In this document: positions 40,821-51,194 of the stretch, piece by piece
Layout of the letters: the number at the start of each line of letters is the position of its first letter
How positions within the stretch are numbered: the stretch's first letter is position 1
Assembly (NCBI RefSeq): GCF_018350175.1
Contig: NC_058382.1
Location: forward strand, 50,656,001-50,720,000
Length of the DNA stretch: 64,000 nucleotides
Source of the DNA: Felis catus
Taxonomy: Eukaryota
Reading direction: 5' to 3'
Notes under the pieces: model-generated
The model's database searches: none
What the model was told of the DNA's origin: nothing
What the model saw: the letters and a program-made list of their open reading frames with translations, nothing else
Position numbers and translations under genes: made by a program

Positions 40821-43800
40821 AACATAAGCTAAACATAAGCACCACATTTTATCATACAAACAATATTCAGAAATTAAAACAAATACTGACCAAACTCATT
40901 TCAACTTAGGTTGAATCTTTATATTATGAATTATAGTAGTGATAATGTTAATAATAGTTGCTGAGTGGTATCACATTTTCTGAATACACATTTATTTCCT
41001 ACCTGTAATTTGTATAAGAGATAGAAAATCTCTTCTCTTTCCTGATGACTTTCCTAGTGGAAATTTAGTACACTTCGGCCTTACCATAGTTGAAATTTCA
41101 CGATGTATGAAATTGATATGATGCTAAAGTGCCTCTAAAAACTTCTTTAAGCAATTTCTACTTTTCTATTGGCTTCTATCATGAAATTGAAGCTTAGCTA
41201 CAGAATTTAAACTGTAAAACATAATATAAACATAGAGTCAGTCTTATCCTTGAAATCTTTAATTTGAAGGGAAATATTTTCTGAGATATTAATATTGAAC
41301 AAGCAAAATTGCTACTAAATTGCCAAAACAAATCATACTTACCCATATACAGATGCAACTGCTTTTGTTTTTTTTTTTTTTTTTCCACGCGAATATTTTT
41401 CTACTGAAGAAGTAGGTCTGGGGAAAGGTATAGAATCTCCAGCTGACTCCCAGACAGCTCAGGGAAACCAAGGCAGACTTCAACCTAATTCCTTCAGCCT
41501 TCAGATACCATCCTTTCCCTTCATATCCAAATAAAAATAGTTTGAGCCCCTATCTTGAGACTGTAGGAAGTTGGATCTTTTAAGTGGATACCTCATCCCC
41601 CCCTCCCCAAGATTTTCTGGAGGCCCTGAAAGAATGATGTCATGTTTTACAAACCCATCTTGGTCATTAAAAGTTACTTCAGCCAGATGCCCACATTGGA
41701 TCATCAGTCTAGTGACCAAAAAATAATTTAAACTCAGTAGATGATTTCTGTTGTTCCTGACCAGCTTCTGTCTGGCTATAGTTTGGGTTTCCTTTAATTC
41801 ACCAAATACAGGGAAGACCAGACTATAGCATTTCAGAAAAAAAAAATATGGACATAATGGAAATAATATAAAGTGATTGTAATGCAGAACAAGTGAATTC
41901 AATTGGATATCAATTATCATGGTTCCTAGAGTCCCCCTATCATGCCATTCCAGTGACTTGTTCTACTTAGTCTTCTGCTCAGCTGTTCTCTCACCCAGGA
42001 TGGTATGATCTCCTTCCCACTCACCAAACATAACGACTACAGTCAAGTGAAGGGCAGTTCCTTGCCAACACCTGATTTCTTCCTGCCCCAGGGTGAACAC
42101 AATGTATATTACTTAGTGGAAACTTTTACCCAGACAGCATAGAGCCAGGCTTCCAAGTCGTTTCTGGGACAAAGTGCTTGACAGTTGATTTCCCAAAGTT
42201 GGGAACATCCATCCTTGTAGAAGACCAGGTGGAAGATTTTGACATACTCTCTCTGGTATATTCTATGGACTCACCATTGAGTTACCATGAAAATTCACCT
42301 CATTGTCCATGCTCTAAGCCTAAACCTCGTCCCGACACAGTGTCCACCTGTAGCTCCCTGCTGCTGGCCTCCTCCGCTGCTTCCTGCCTTGTGGAATTGC
42401 ATCATCATCCACCTTGTTGTCAGAAGCTGAAATCAAACCAGAAGGCCCCTTTCATCATAATCCCCATCCGATTGATCACCAAGCTATGTCTGCTCATCCC
42501 TTAAATGTATCAGAAACCCATCTTCTTCTCTCTTTTTCCACTCCTCCTGTCATTTGGATAGTCCACTGAAGTGACTTCCTAACTCATCTATCACACCAGG
42601 ACTGTGCCCTCCCAGCCTCCTGGCAATTCTCTGCTCTGTAGACCTCTCTGCTTCTGTCATCTCGTATACTCACTCTTTGCTCTGAGGATAGAGGATATGA
42701 TGACTGTCCAACCCATACGGGTTATGCTGATTGTCCCAGATTAATTACAAATGTAGCAGAGTTCACTATCGAGTGCATATTCCATTTTTGATGATAAATC
42801 ACATGGCTAACCTGAACCAAATCGCTCGTGTTTTTTTCCTAATATTCTTTCAGTTCAGTTTTATTTATTTTCCATTCATCCCCTGTCCCCATCACATAAA
42901 ATTTGAATTTGCTATTCCTTTGTAGTAAATCCCTTTCTCTTTGAACTAATTAGTTGATTCATTTCCATCATTTTGAGCATCATTTTATTTTCCAGCAAAA
43001 CTTTCCCTGGTCTCCATTTCAAGGTCAAATTCTCGTACTGAAAGCACAGCACTTGTGTGCCTTCTCCATGAGACAGAGCCCCATGAGATCAAGAGATGGG
43101 CTCTCTGTGTTTCCAGTTCAGTCCCATTACCAAGTGCAAGGCCAGCTGTTTAACAGCCACCCAATAGAGTTAACTGAATATGCATCCATTAAATACATAA
43201 TGACTTAGAACTGGTTGTTTTCTGTATACATGTGATTGAAGGGTCAGTTTCTGGTGACCCACCCCCCTGACAAAGGAAGACAGATGCCAGACATGAATAA
43301 CTATGCTTACCTCCCAAGCTGGATCCCTCATCACATTGAAACGCAAGTTCTGTTATTACAAAATAGATTTACCCATCCCCACGCCACTGTACTTATCAAG
43401 AAAGCTTTTTTAATCAGCGTCTCATGTAATACTCCGCCATTACTAAAATCAATCTTCTTTTACTATCTTGCAAGCTAACACAGAGCAAAACAAAAGGCAA
43501 ATGTGTGGGCATGGAAAACTTTGTTCTCTAGTCACAGTTCTTACATCGTCTAGCTCTGTATCTCTCATTTGCTCTTAATAAAATACATTAGCCTTCACCC
43601 CACTTTCCTGTATTTCATAAGCACAGGGCTGCCAAAGACATTTCCTTCGGTCCGTTCTATATTCTCCAGGCCATTATGTAGAATCGAAAGCTCCTCACTC
43701 AACAGTTATCTGATGCAACGCTCTCTCTCCTTGCGTCGATGTAAGAGGGATACAATATGTGGTCACAATTGCAAACACTGTCATGAGCATTTGGATTCAT

Positions 43801-44996
43801 TTAAAAGAAAAAGGGTACAGTTTGAGCATAATAGATTAGACCATGTGTTTGAAGTGGAAAAAAAAGTTGGAGGTCTTGTATTGCCATGACCTTCCACAAT
43901 TTGCAATTATGCAACTTACGTTTTCTAGTATAAAATTTGGGTGTGTTTTGAAATTGGAATATTTTTGTTTGGTTTGGAAATTATTTCACTTGAAATCCAC
44001 ATGGATTTCAACCGGGCCTCCGTGGAGGCAGAGAGAGAGAGAGAAGGAGGGAGGGAGAGAGAAAGCTCTTATTGGGCAGGATGCTTCCTGTTGCTTGGAT
44101 GTTTGGCTCTGGGGAGAAGCTGGAATCCAACAGCCCTGCTGTGGCTCACCCAGGAGTCAGCAGGGCCCCATTTGTGAGTGACTCTGGCGGGCAGGATGAT
44201 GGAGGGTGATTGCTTTCATTTACTTGATTAAAATTGGGAGAAAGGCAGACAGTCCTCCTGTCATTTCTTACGCAGCTTGCTGACTATTGTTCTTCTTTTT
44301 AAATGGACATTTACTCCCCATTTAGAACAATAAAATACCTCAACGCAAACATTAAGCAACACGTAGCTTATCTATCACACGCCCAACTTCTCTTGATAGT
44401 AATAACCCTGAATACAGCGTCCATTACAAGGCAAATTCTACATTTTTACAAGTTGCTTTATAGATTCATTTTGTGATCACTAATAAACCTATTTAGAAAG
44501 TATCCAATTAAGAAAAGCTTAATGAAAGCCAATTACTCAATGCCCTAAATTTTGTACATTTTATTTTTGAGGTACTGAAATGTGGTTTAAATGGGTCACA
44601 TTATATACGTTAGTGCTAAAAATGTAGCCCTCGTTCAATGCCAATTTACCCACAATAACACTTATGGGCAATTAACATGTCATTTTGCGTGCTATATTCA
44701 TCAGTAATTTTCTTTTACTTATTATAATGTTTGAAGAGTGTAACTACATTTATAATAAACGCATTTTATTAGTAATCAAGCTGGACTTTTCACTCATCCA
44801 CAGACCTGGCAGTTTACATGGGAGGATGTGTCCATTCATATACCAGCAGAACTTTCAGAAGCATAAACTCAAATGCATTTTCTAGGAGGGAAATTAATGT
44901 CCCCATTGTGTGCTAGGTTTAATCTGCAAATGGCACAAGAAAGGACAGCGCCACATGAAAATACTATGTCTCTTTTAAAAAATGTTTTTATTTAAA

Positions 44997-45060
44997 GGGG
45001 CGCATGGGTGGCTCATTGGTTCAGCGTCTGACTTCAGCTCAGGTCATGATCTCATGGTTC
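44997..45060 (+). mobile_element. 5' part of a Can-SINE split by the provirus (3' part at 48941-49110)
   Basis: SINE head stops at ...CTCATGGTTC; the SINE body resumes at 48941 GTTCATGAGTT...GAGCCTGGAGCC. Confidence 0.92.
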
Positions 45061-45496
45061 TGATATGCCCCAATTCGAGAGATACCCCGAAAACAAACCA
45101 CCAGAGTCCAGAGTCAAAGCCAAGGGGCAAGGGTCGTTTATTGCAGGTTCGAACCCCGTCCTCCGCGCACTCGTTGCTGGTGACGCTAAGAGGCCCTGAG
45201 CGAGGATCTTACAGCTTCTTTTATAGACAGGTACAAACAAGTTAGGGATTTTTTGTGGTTACAGAGCTGTTATTGGTTGACATTTAAATTTGAACACTCA
45301 GCAGAACTTGATTGGTTCCTGCCTTTTTTTCAAACCACTCAGCAGAACTTGATTGGTTCCCACCTTTAGGTCAGACCACAACCAGGCACGCCCTGGCTGG
45401 TTCCAGGAACAGCGCGGGGGGGGGGGGGGGGGGGGGGGGGCGGGTCTTTTCTTTGCAGTTGTAAGTACACCTGGTAATTTTTCTCTTAGTCTCTTA
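45061..45496 (-). promoter_or_regulatory. 3' LTR (436 bp) with minus-strand TATAAAA, AATAAA and CCAAT boxes
   Basis: Direct repeat of 48564-48940; adjacent PPT AAAGAGAGGGGGGAA at 45497-45511. Confidence 0.95.
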
Positions 45497-45537
45497 TTCC
45501 CCCCTCTCTTTGGTGCCTTAAGAGCCAATCTTGGATC

Positions 45538-45925
45538 TTATGTGTCTGACTCAAATGTTTCGGTAATGACGGGTTGATATTGGGTCCTAAGGCCCATCAG
45601 TTGGATTGTGTTAACTCGGTCTTTGATAAAGGCAACTAGTTTATTAATAATATAAGGCCCAAAGGTGAGGAGGAGAAGGAGGAGTATAAGGGGCCCAGCT
45701 AGAACAGAAAGCAGGGTAGCTAGCCACGGGGACTGATTGAACCAAGACTCAAACCAGCCTTGTTGTTGTTCTCGTTCACGCCTCCGTTTGGCCAGGCCTT
45801 CTCTAACTTTAGCCATGGACTCTCGGACTACTCCGGTCTGGTCAGCATAAAAACAACATTCTTCTCTTAAGGCTGCACATAAACCTCCCTGTTGGAGGAA
45901 GACAGGATCTAGGCCCCTTCGGTTC
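45538..45925 (-). pseudogene. env: env TM C-terminal part ([20 protein letters not shown]6[11 protein letters not shown], membrane anchor, cytoplasmic tail), out of frame with SU
   Basis: Gammaretroviral TM motifs; separated from SU by a 2-nt deletion near 45983 and a larger heptad-repeat deletion near 45925. Confidence 0.92.
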
Positions 45926-45947
45926 CTCATCAATGGCTGCCCTTAGG

Positions 45948-47270
45948 CTATTGAACCCCCGCTGCTGGATGACTAGTGATGAGACCTGTTCCTGCCCCTA
46001 TGGTACCGAGGCCAAATAAGGTGGCCAAGGTTATGGCCATAAAGGGTTCCCGTTTTGTTCTTATTGACTCTCTTGCTTCCGTCCCTTCTGTCCACAGATC
46101 ATACACAACATTTTCTTGGTGGTAAATAACCTTTGGAAATACTAATACCATGATACAATATTCGGGTGACGAATTAAAAACATCTCTGCTAACACATGGG
46201 GTGAGCCCTGTCTTAGAACAAATCCACCAACTGTCAGGAGCTGGAATTATCCATTTAGATTCATCTATAGAGTAATTAGTCGGGGCACAGAGCTGGATAT
46301 GGCTAGAGGGGACCTTTCCTATACAAGTCCCATTGCCAGTGACCGCTTGCAGTGTGAGGCCGGGGCCCTTTCGATTCCACTTGCAAGCTGCTGGCGACTC
46401 TTCTCCTGATTGTGAAAAAGGGGCAGCTAGACCTATGGCTTCGTGGAAGGGGGGTTTTATATCATAACATAGCCAGCAGGCCCTTGTTGCCTCAGGGTCC
46501 GACCGGTTTAAGGCCTCATACGCTGCTGTTAGCAATTTCCATAGGGAGTCTATGCCTTCTGGGTTCTGATTTTCTTGGACAGCTTGTGCTTTTACTCCTG
46601 GGGTAAGGAGGTGGGTCCTGCTGGAGGGAGTAGTGGGGATCTGCCTGGGGATAGGCTCGTCTCTTTTTTTATTTTTATTTTTTCCTAATATCTGATTTGG
46701 CCCCACCGGTTGTACAAGAGGGGAGACTTTTAATTTTATTTGAATGGCAGTCCCAAAGAGGGGACGTTGATATAAGTAGAGTCCCCAAGTGAGTCCTAAG
46801 ACCCATCGCCTGTCTTTTTTCCCTTCCTCTGTAAATCTTACACGAATAAGGTTACAGTTTTCATCATACCTGGTGCGGGTACATGGTCGGTCATAGGACA
46901 TTTCAATAAATTGGGGTTTTACTTCCCACTTCCATTCCCCATCATTGGAGGTGATGCAACTCCAGGCTGCACAATAGAGGGTTTCAAACCCTCCACATGT
47001 GCGCCTCATCGCCCCCGTCCTAAATCCCGGACATGCATAAAATCCATTTCTACTTATTGATACCCTCCTTTGCAGTTGCCTCCATTTACCTCCTTCCATT
47101 TCTTCTAATGGACTAACTTTTTCTAAATTAAAGTATAAATCTGGCCACCAGGTATTTAATGGGGCAGTTCCTAGGGTTTTGTTGTAGATTTCATGAGTCT
47201 CTAAGTTAGTAATTTCCCATGTCAAATTATAGGGGGTGTGGGGGTTTGGATTTACAGACAGCTTTCTTGC
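45948..47270 (-). pseudogene. env: env SU reading frame, open but lacking its start codon and signal peptide; RTKR furin site (46050-46061), fusion peptide, premature TAG
   Basis: NPHTPYNLTWEI (PHQ-like motif), APLNTWWPDLY, GFYACPG, WSCITSNDGEWKW, VGPN, CWLC. Confidence 0.92.
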
Positions 47271-47271
47271 T

Positions 47272-48137
47272 TGAACAGGATGCGGAGGAGCTGCTGGCAG
47301 TCGTCCCAGGTGGGCTGGTGGGTGAACATGACACTGTCTAAAAGAGCTATTAGGTCTTTAGGGTTATCAGAGAATCGAGCATTCTGTGTTTTCCAGTTGT
47401 AAAGGTCACTGGTGGAAAAGGGCCAATACTGGAGTCGGAGGTTGCCTGTTTCATCGGGGGGTCCTATTTCCCACAGGGGTAGGGCCACAGTGGAGTCGGG
47501 GAGGCGAGGGTTTGGCTCACGCTGGGTGCGCCCGTGGGTTCGGCCGGCTGGCCCCTTGCGGTTGGTTTTGTTTTCAATGGGGCCCGGCGCGGCTGCTGCC
47601 TCCCGTCCTCCTGGTTCCGGCGCAGCTGCCGCTTCCCCTCCTCCCGGTTCCCCTAGGGGGGCAACTAGCAGGGCGACTGGTGGGGCGGCTGCTGCGGGCA
47701 GTGCCTGGGGTACGAGGGGAGGGGGATGATAGGGTGGAGGGTCTAGGGATAATAGGTCCTGACTATCGGGCAATATGGGATACAAGGGTGTGGCTGGCGT
47801 CCTTGATGTTGGGGGATCTGCAGGCCGCATGGCAAGGACCTTACATGTTCCCAAGGATAGGAAGGGGGCCAACCAAGGGGGTGGATTTTCCACTAAATTC
47901 CACCATACAAGAATGTAGGGAATCGGTAGAAAAATCTTTGATTTCACCTTAGCAATTATAGGGAGGCAGAAAGTTCCTTCGGTTGGCCATCCAGCGCCGA
48001 AGGTTGGCCATTCGGAGCAGCAGAGGGTTATTAATTTTCCCCGCCGGATGTCTAAACTCAAATTCTGTCCTCTGGTTCTAACATCCCTGAAGTTAGCAAC
48101 AAGGAGAGAAAAGAGGAGTGCTTTGAGATTGGCCCAT
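47272..48137 (-). pseudogene. gag: gag (MA, p12 with PPPY, N-terminal CA), frameshifted near codon 9 and truncated in CA
   Basis: ATG GGC CAA (MGQ myristoylation start) at 48137; extra T near 48110; CSEWPTF, PPPY, YWPFSTSDLYNWK, THQPTWDDCQQLL. Confidence 0.95.
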
Positions 48138-48485
48138 CTGTGTCCTGGTAGTGGAGGAAAGGATTAAAAGGAGAAACAGTAAAGTTATGAGGATTTCTGG
48201 CTGGGCCAGGCCAGGTCACCTGTGAAAGGGAAGGAGTTTAACACTTAAAGGTTATAGAATAGAGAACACAACACTTAGATCGCTAGCGCGTTTCAGGTGT
48301 CTGCCACCCAAACAGAAAAATTCTGAAGGGCCCAAAAAGGTGCCCCAGACGGGTGCCAGTGGACATTTCCTACAGGACCGGACCGACTGCCCTATAGCGC
48401 GTCTGCCAGGGCTGTGTCAGTCACCGATACAGACCCCACGCGGGAGAGCCAGAAACGAACAGACAAACAGAAACAGAGCCGGCTC

Positions 48486-48491
48486 ACTTAC
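48486..48491 (-). promoter_or_regulatory. Probable retroviral major splice donor CG|GTAAGT
   Basis: Consensus donor about 50 nt downstream of the PBS. Confidence 0.75.
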
Positions 48492-48543
48492 CGATCGGTC
48501 TCAGGGACGACCCATTGATTTGGGGTCTGGTGGGTTTGGGTGG

Positions 48544-48561
48544 ATCCCGGACGAGCCCCCA
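48544..48561 (-). promoter_or_regulatory. Primer-binding site for tRNA-Pro (TGGGGGCTCGTCCGGGAT)
   Basis: 18/18 match to the MLV/FeLV-type PBS-Pro, 2 nt after the 5' LTR. Confidence 0.97.
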
Positions 48562-48563
48562 AA

Positions 48564-48940
48564 TGATATGCCCCGATTCGAGAGACCCCCCGAAAACAAA
48601 CCACCAGAGTCCAGAGTCAAAGCCAAGCGGCAAGGGTTGTTTATTGCAGGTTCGAACCCCGTCCTCCATGCACTCGTTGCTGGTGACGCTAAGAAGCCCT
48701 GAGCGAGGATCTTACAGCTTCTTTTATAGACAGGCACAAACAAGTTAGGGATTTTTTGTGGTTACAGAGCTGTTATTGGTTGACATTTAAATTTGAACAC
48801 TCAGCAGAACTTGATTGGTTCCCACCTTTAGGTCAGACCACAACCGGGCACACCCTGACTGGTTGTGGTAATGGCGGGGGGGGGGGGGTCTTTTCTTTGC
48901 AGTTGTGAGTACACCTGGTAATTTTTCTCTTAGTCTCTCA
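48564..48940 (-). promoter_or_regulatory. 5' LTR (377 bp)
   Basis: TG...CA termini; TATA box near 48725; followed by the PBS. Confidence 0.95.
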
Positions 48941-49109
48941 GTTCATGAGTTTGTGAGTTGGAGCTCCGTGTCGGGCTGTGCGGACAGCTCAGAGCCTGGA
49001 GCCTGTTTCAGATTCTGTGTCTCCCCCTCTCTCTGCCCTTCCCCCACTGGCACTCACTCGCTTTCTCTCTTTCTCTCTCTCAAGAATAAACATTAAAAAA
49101 TTGTAAAAA

Positions 49110-50160
49110 AAATTTTTATTTGAAATAATTTTAGGCTTACAGAAAAGTTGCAAAATTGGTACAGGATCCACATTTACCCTTCACTCAGATTCCCTAATGT
49201 TAACAACCATTGGGAGAACCAGGAAATTATGGTTGGATACTAACCCACAGATTTTATAGAAATTTCTCCAGTATGCCCCCTAATATACTATTTTTGTTCC
49301 AGGACGCGGCCCAGGATCCCTGATTGCATATAGCAACTGAGGTCTTTAATGACCTTCCATCTATGATAGTTCCTTAGTCTACCCTTGTCTTTCAGGACCT
49401 TGACTCGTTTGATTTTTTTTTAAATAACTGATCATTCTGTAGACTGTCACTCAATCTTGGCTTGCCACATATTTTCTCATTATTAAATCGAGCTTATGCA
49501 TTTTTTGGCCAGAATACCACAGAAGAGATGTTATGTCTTCAGTTCATAACAGCCTGGGGTACATGATGTCAATATGTCTTGTTACTTGCAATATGGGCCT
49601 CAAATTCTTGGTTAACATGGTGTCTGTCATGACTGGGTTTCTCCTTGATGAGGTTACTTTTAGCCTAGGTTGATGTCCTGTTTCTCCTTAAATTTTCACC
49701 CACTGATTTTAGCATCCCTTAGGGGATCCTGCCCACTACCGTTATTACTGAGGTATATTCCTTATGATGATCATACATTTCCCTCATTGCTTCCACATTT
49801 ATTAATTTGAATTTTTCTTTAAAGAAGAACTATCTTTCAGGGCCACCTGGGTGGCTCAGTCAGTTGAGGGTCGGAACATCGACTCAGGTCATGATCTCCC
49901 AGTTCGTGAGTTCAAACCCCACATCGGGATCACTGCTGTCAGCCCAGAGCCTGCATGGAATCCTCTGTCCTCCTCTCTCTGCCCGTCCCCAACTTGTGCG
50001 CTCTCTCTCTCTCTCTCTCTCTCTCAAAAATTAACATTTAAAGAAGAACCACCTTTCTCTACCTTTTAACTATTTAATGAATGTGAGTATGGACACATGC
50101 GTATTTGTTTCACTGGATGAGTTCTAATCCAGTACCCTATTTACGTTGTTACTCAGATTG
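49110..50160 (-). mobile_element. Old L1M (L1MC-like) 3' fragment, interrupted by a Can-SINE (about 49840-50040, +)
   Basis: TTTATTTGAAATAATTTTAGGCTTACAGAAAAGTTGCAAAA resembles an L1MC 3' end; SINE TSD TTTAAAGAAGAAC. Confidence 0.7.
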
Positions 50161-50435
50161 TCCCAGAATCAGCCTCCTTGGCGATGGCCCCCAGGCAAAG
50201 CTTGTGGTTGGGCACTGAGTTTCATATGCTCAAATCCGCTGGGGTTTTGTTAAAGAAATTATTGATACTGATATTTAATTACAAATACTTAACCTCTGTG
50301 CATTTCTGGGAGAAAAACACCTAATGGAGAGAGAATAAATATGGTATTTTTCCATGTGCAACATCTTTCTCTGTATACCTCTGCGGTCCTAATCACACCT
50401 CAGTTTAAGTCTGTTTCTCCTTCCCTTCTCTTCTA

Positions 50436-50491
50436 TTTTTTTTTTTTTTTAATTTGAGAGAGAGAGAGAGTGCGTTCATAGGAGGGGCAGC

Positions 50492-50524
<33 letters not shown>

Positions 50525-50645
50525 CCAGGAAGACTCCACATTCTGCTTGGAGCCCAACTCAGGGCTCGATCCCATGACCCTGAGATCATGACTTGAGCTG
50601 AAATCAAGAGTTGGATACTCAGCAACTGAGCCCCCCAGGTACCCT
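50436..50645 (-). mobile_element. Can-SINE
   Basis: T tail, (GA)n, reverse SINE head; TSD CTCTTCTATTTT. Confidence 0.88.
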
Positions 50646-50715
50646 TCCCCCCACCTCTTCTATTTTAAGGGGAAACCTGGGACTTCTCCTTCAACTTGGC
50701 TGTCCATACTGCTAT

Positions 50716-51194
50716 TGTCAAAGACAAAGCCACACCCTAGTTAAAGTGGGAAGGATGGATTTTAATCAGAAATAACTACTGCCGTGGGGGAACGGGTCCA
50801 GTGTGAACCGAACCTGATTTGGGTTTGCACCGAGGTGCCAGGGTGTTGAAAGGGAGACGAGGGAGTATGGGGGCGGGGGCTCCATAGCCAGAGACGGGAC
50901 ACATCACAAAGGGCTAGTCCGTGCAAGTGCAGTTGGGGCAGGTGTGTCCGTTTCCTGGCAATGATCGAAGTTAACCTGCTCCCCTGCCATCCTCAGGTGT
51001 TGGCTGTAACAAGCAGTACGTCATATGGGCAGCCCTAAGTTTTTCCAGGCATGCACTTTATGGGGTGGGGGCTAGGCCATCTTAGGAATGTTAGAAACCC
51101 TGTGAGTTCAGTTCAGCTGTTTATGGGACAAGGTGAGGCCTCATCAAGAAAAGGGAGCGTGGCGAGAATTTGGTCTAGAGGACAATGTTTGTTA
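50716..51194. mobile_element. Probable old solo LTR (MER21-like)
   Basis: TGTCAAAGACAAAGCCACACCCTAGTTAAAG...GATTTTAATCAG start resembles MER21-type LTRs. Confidence 0.5.

Larger units (their letters stand above)
45061..48940 (-). mobile_element. Endogenous gammaretrovirus, internally deleted provirus (LTR-PBS-leader-partial gag/partial env-PPT-LTR), 3880 bp
   Basis: Two LTRs, 4-bp TSD GTTC (45057-45060 / 48941-48944), PBS-Pro, PPT, gag and env homology. Confidence 0.97.

Noticed and set aside
45416..45440. 25-nt G homopolymer as a functional G-quadruplex
   Set aside because: Length differs between the LTRs and homopolymers are error-prone in assemblies; noted only within the LTR comparison
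47386..47952. Plus-strand 188-aa and 105-aa ORFs as retroviral antisense genes
   Set aside because: Expected by-product of the GC-rich p12 region; no recognisable domain
45948..48209. A continuous glycoGag-leader/Gag-Env fusion protein (the leader CUG/ATG and SU share a frame)
   Set aside because: That frame stops at TAA 15 codons after the gag ATG and again near 47360; the gag frame stops at 47252; I found no convincing splice donor in the first gag codons
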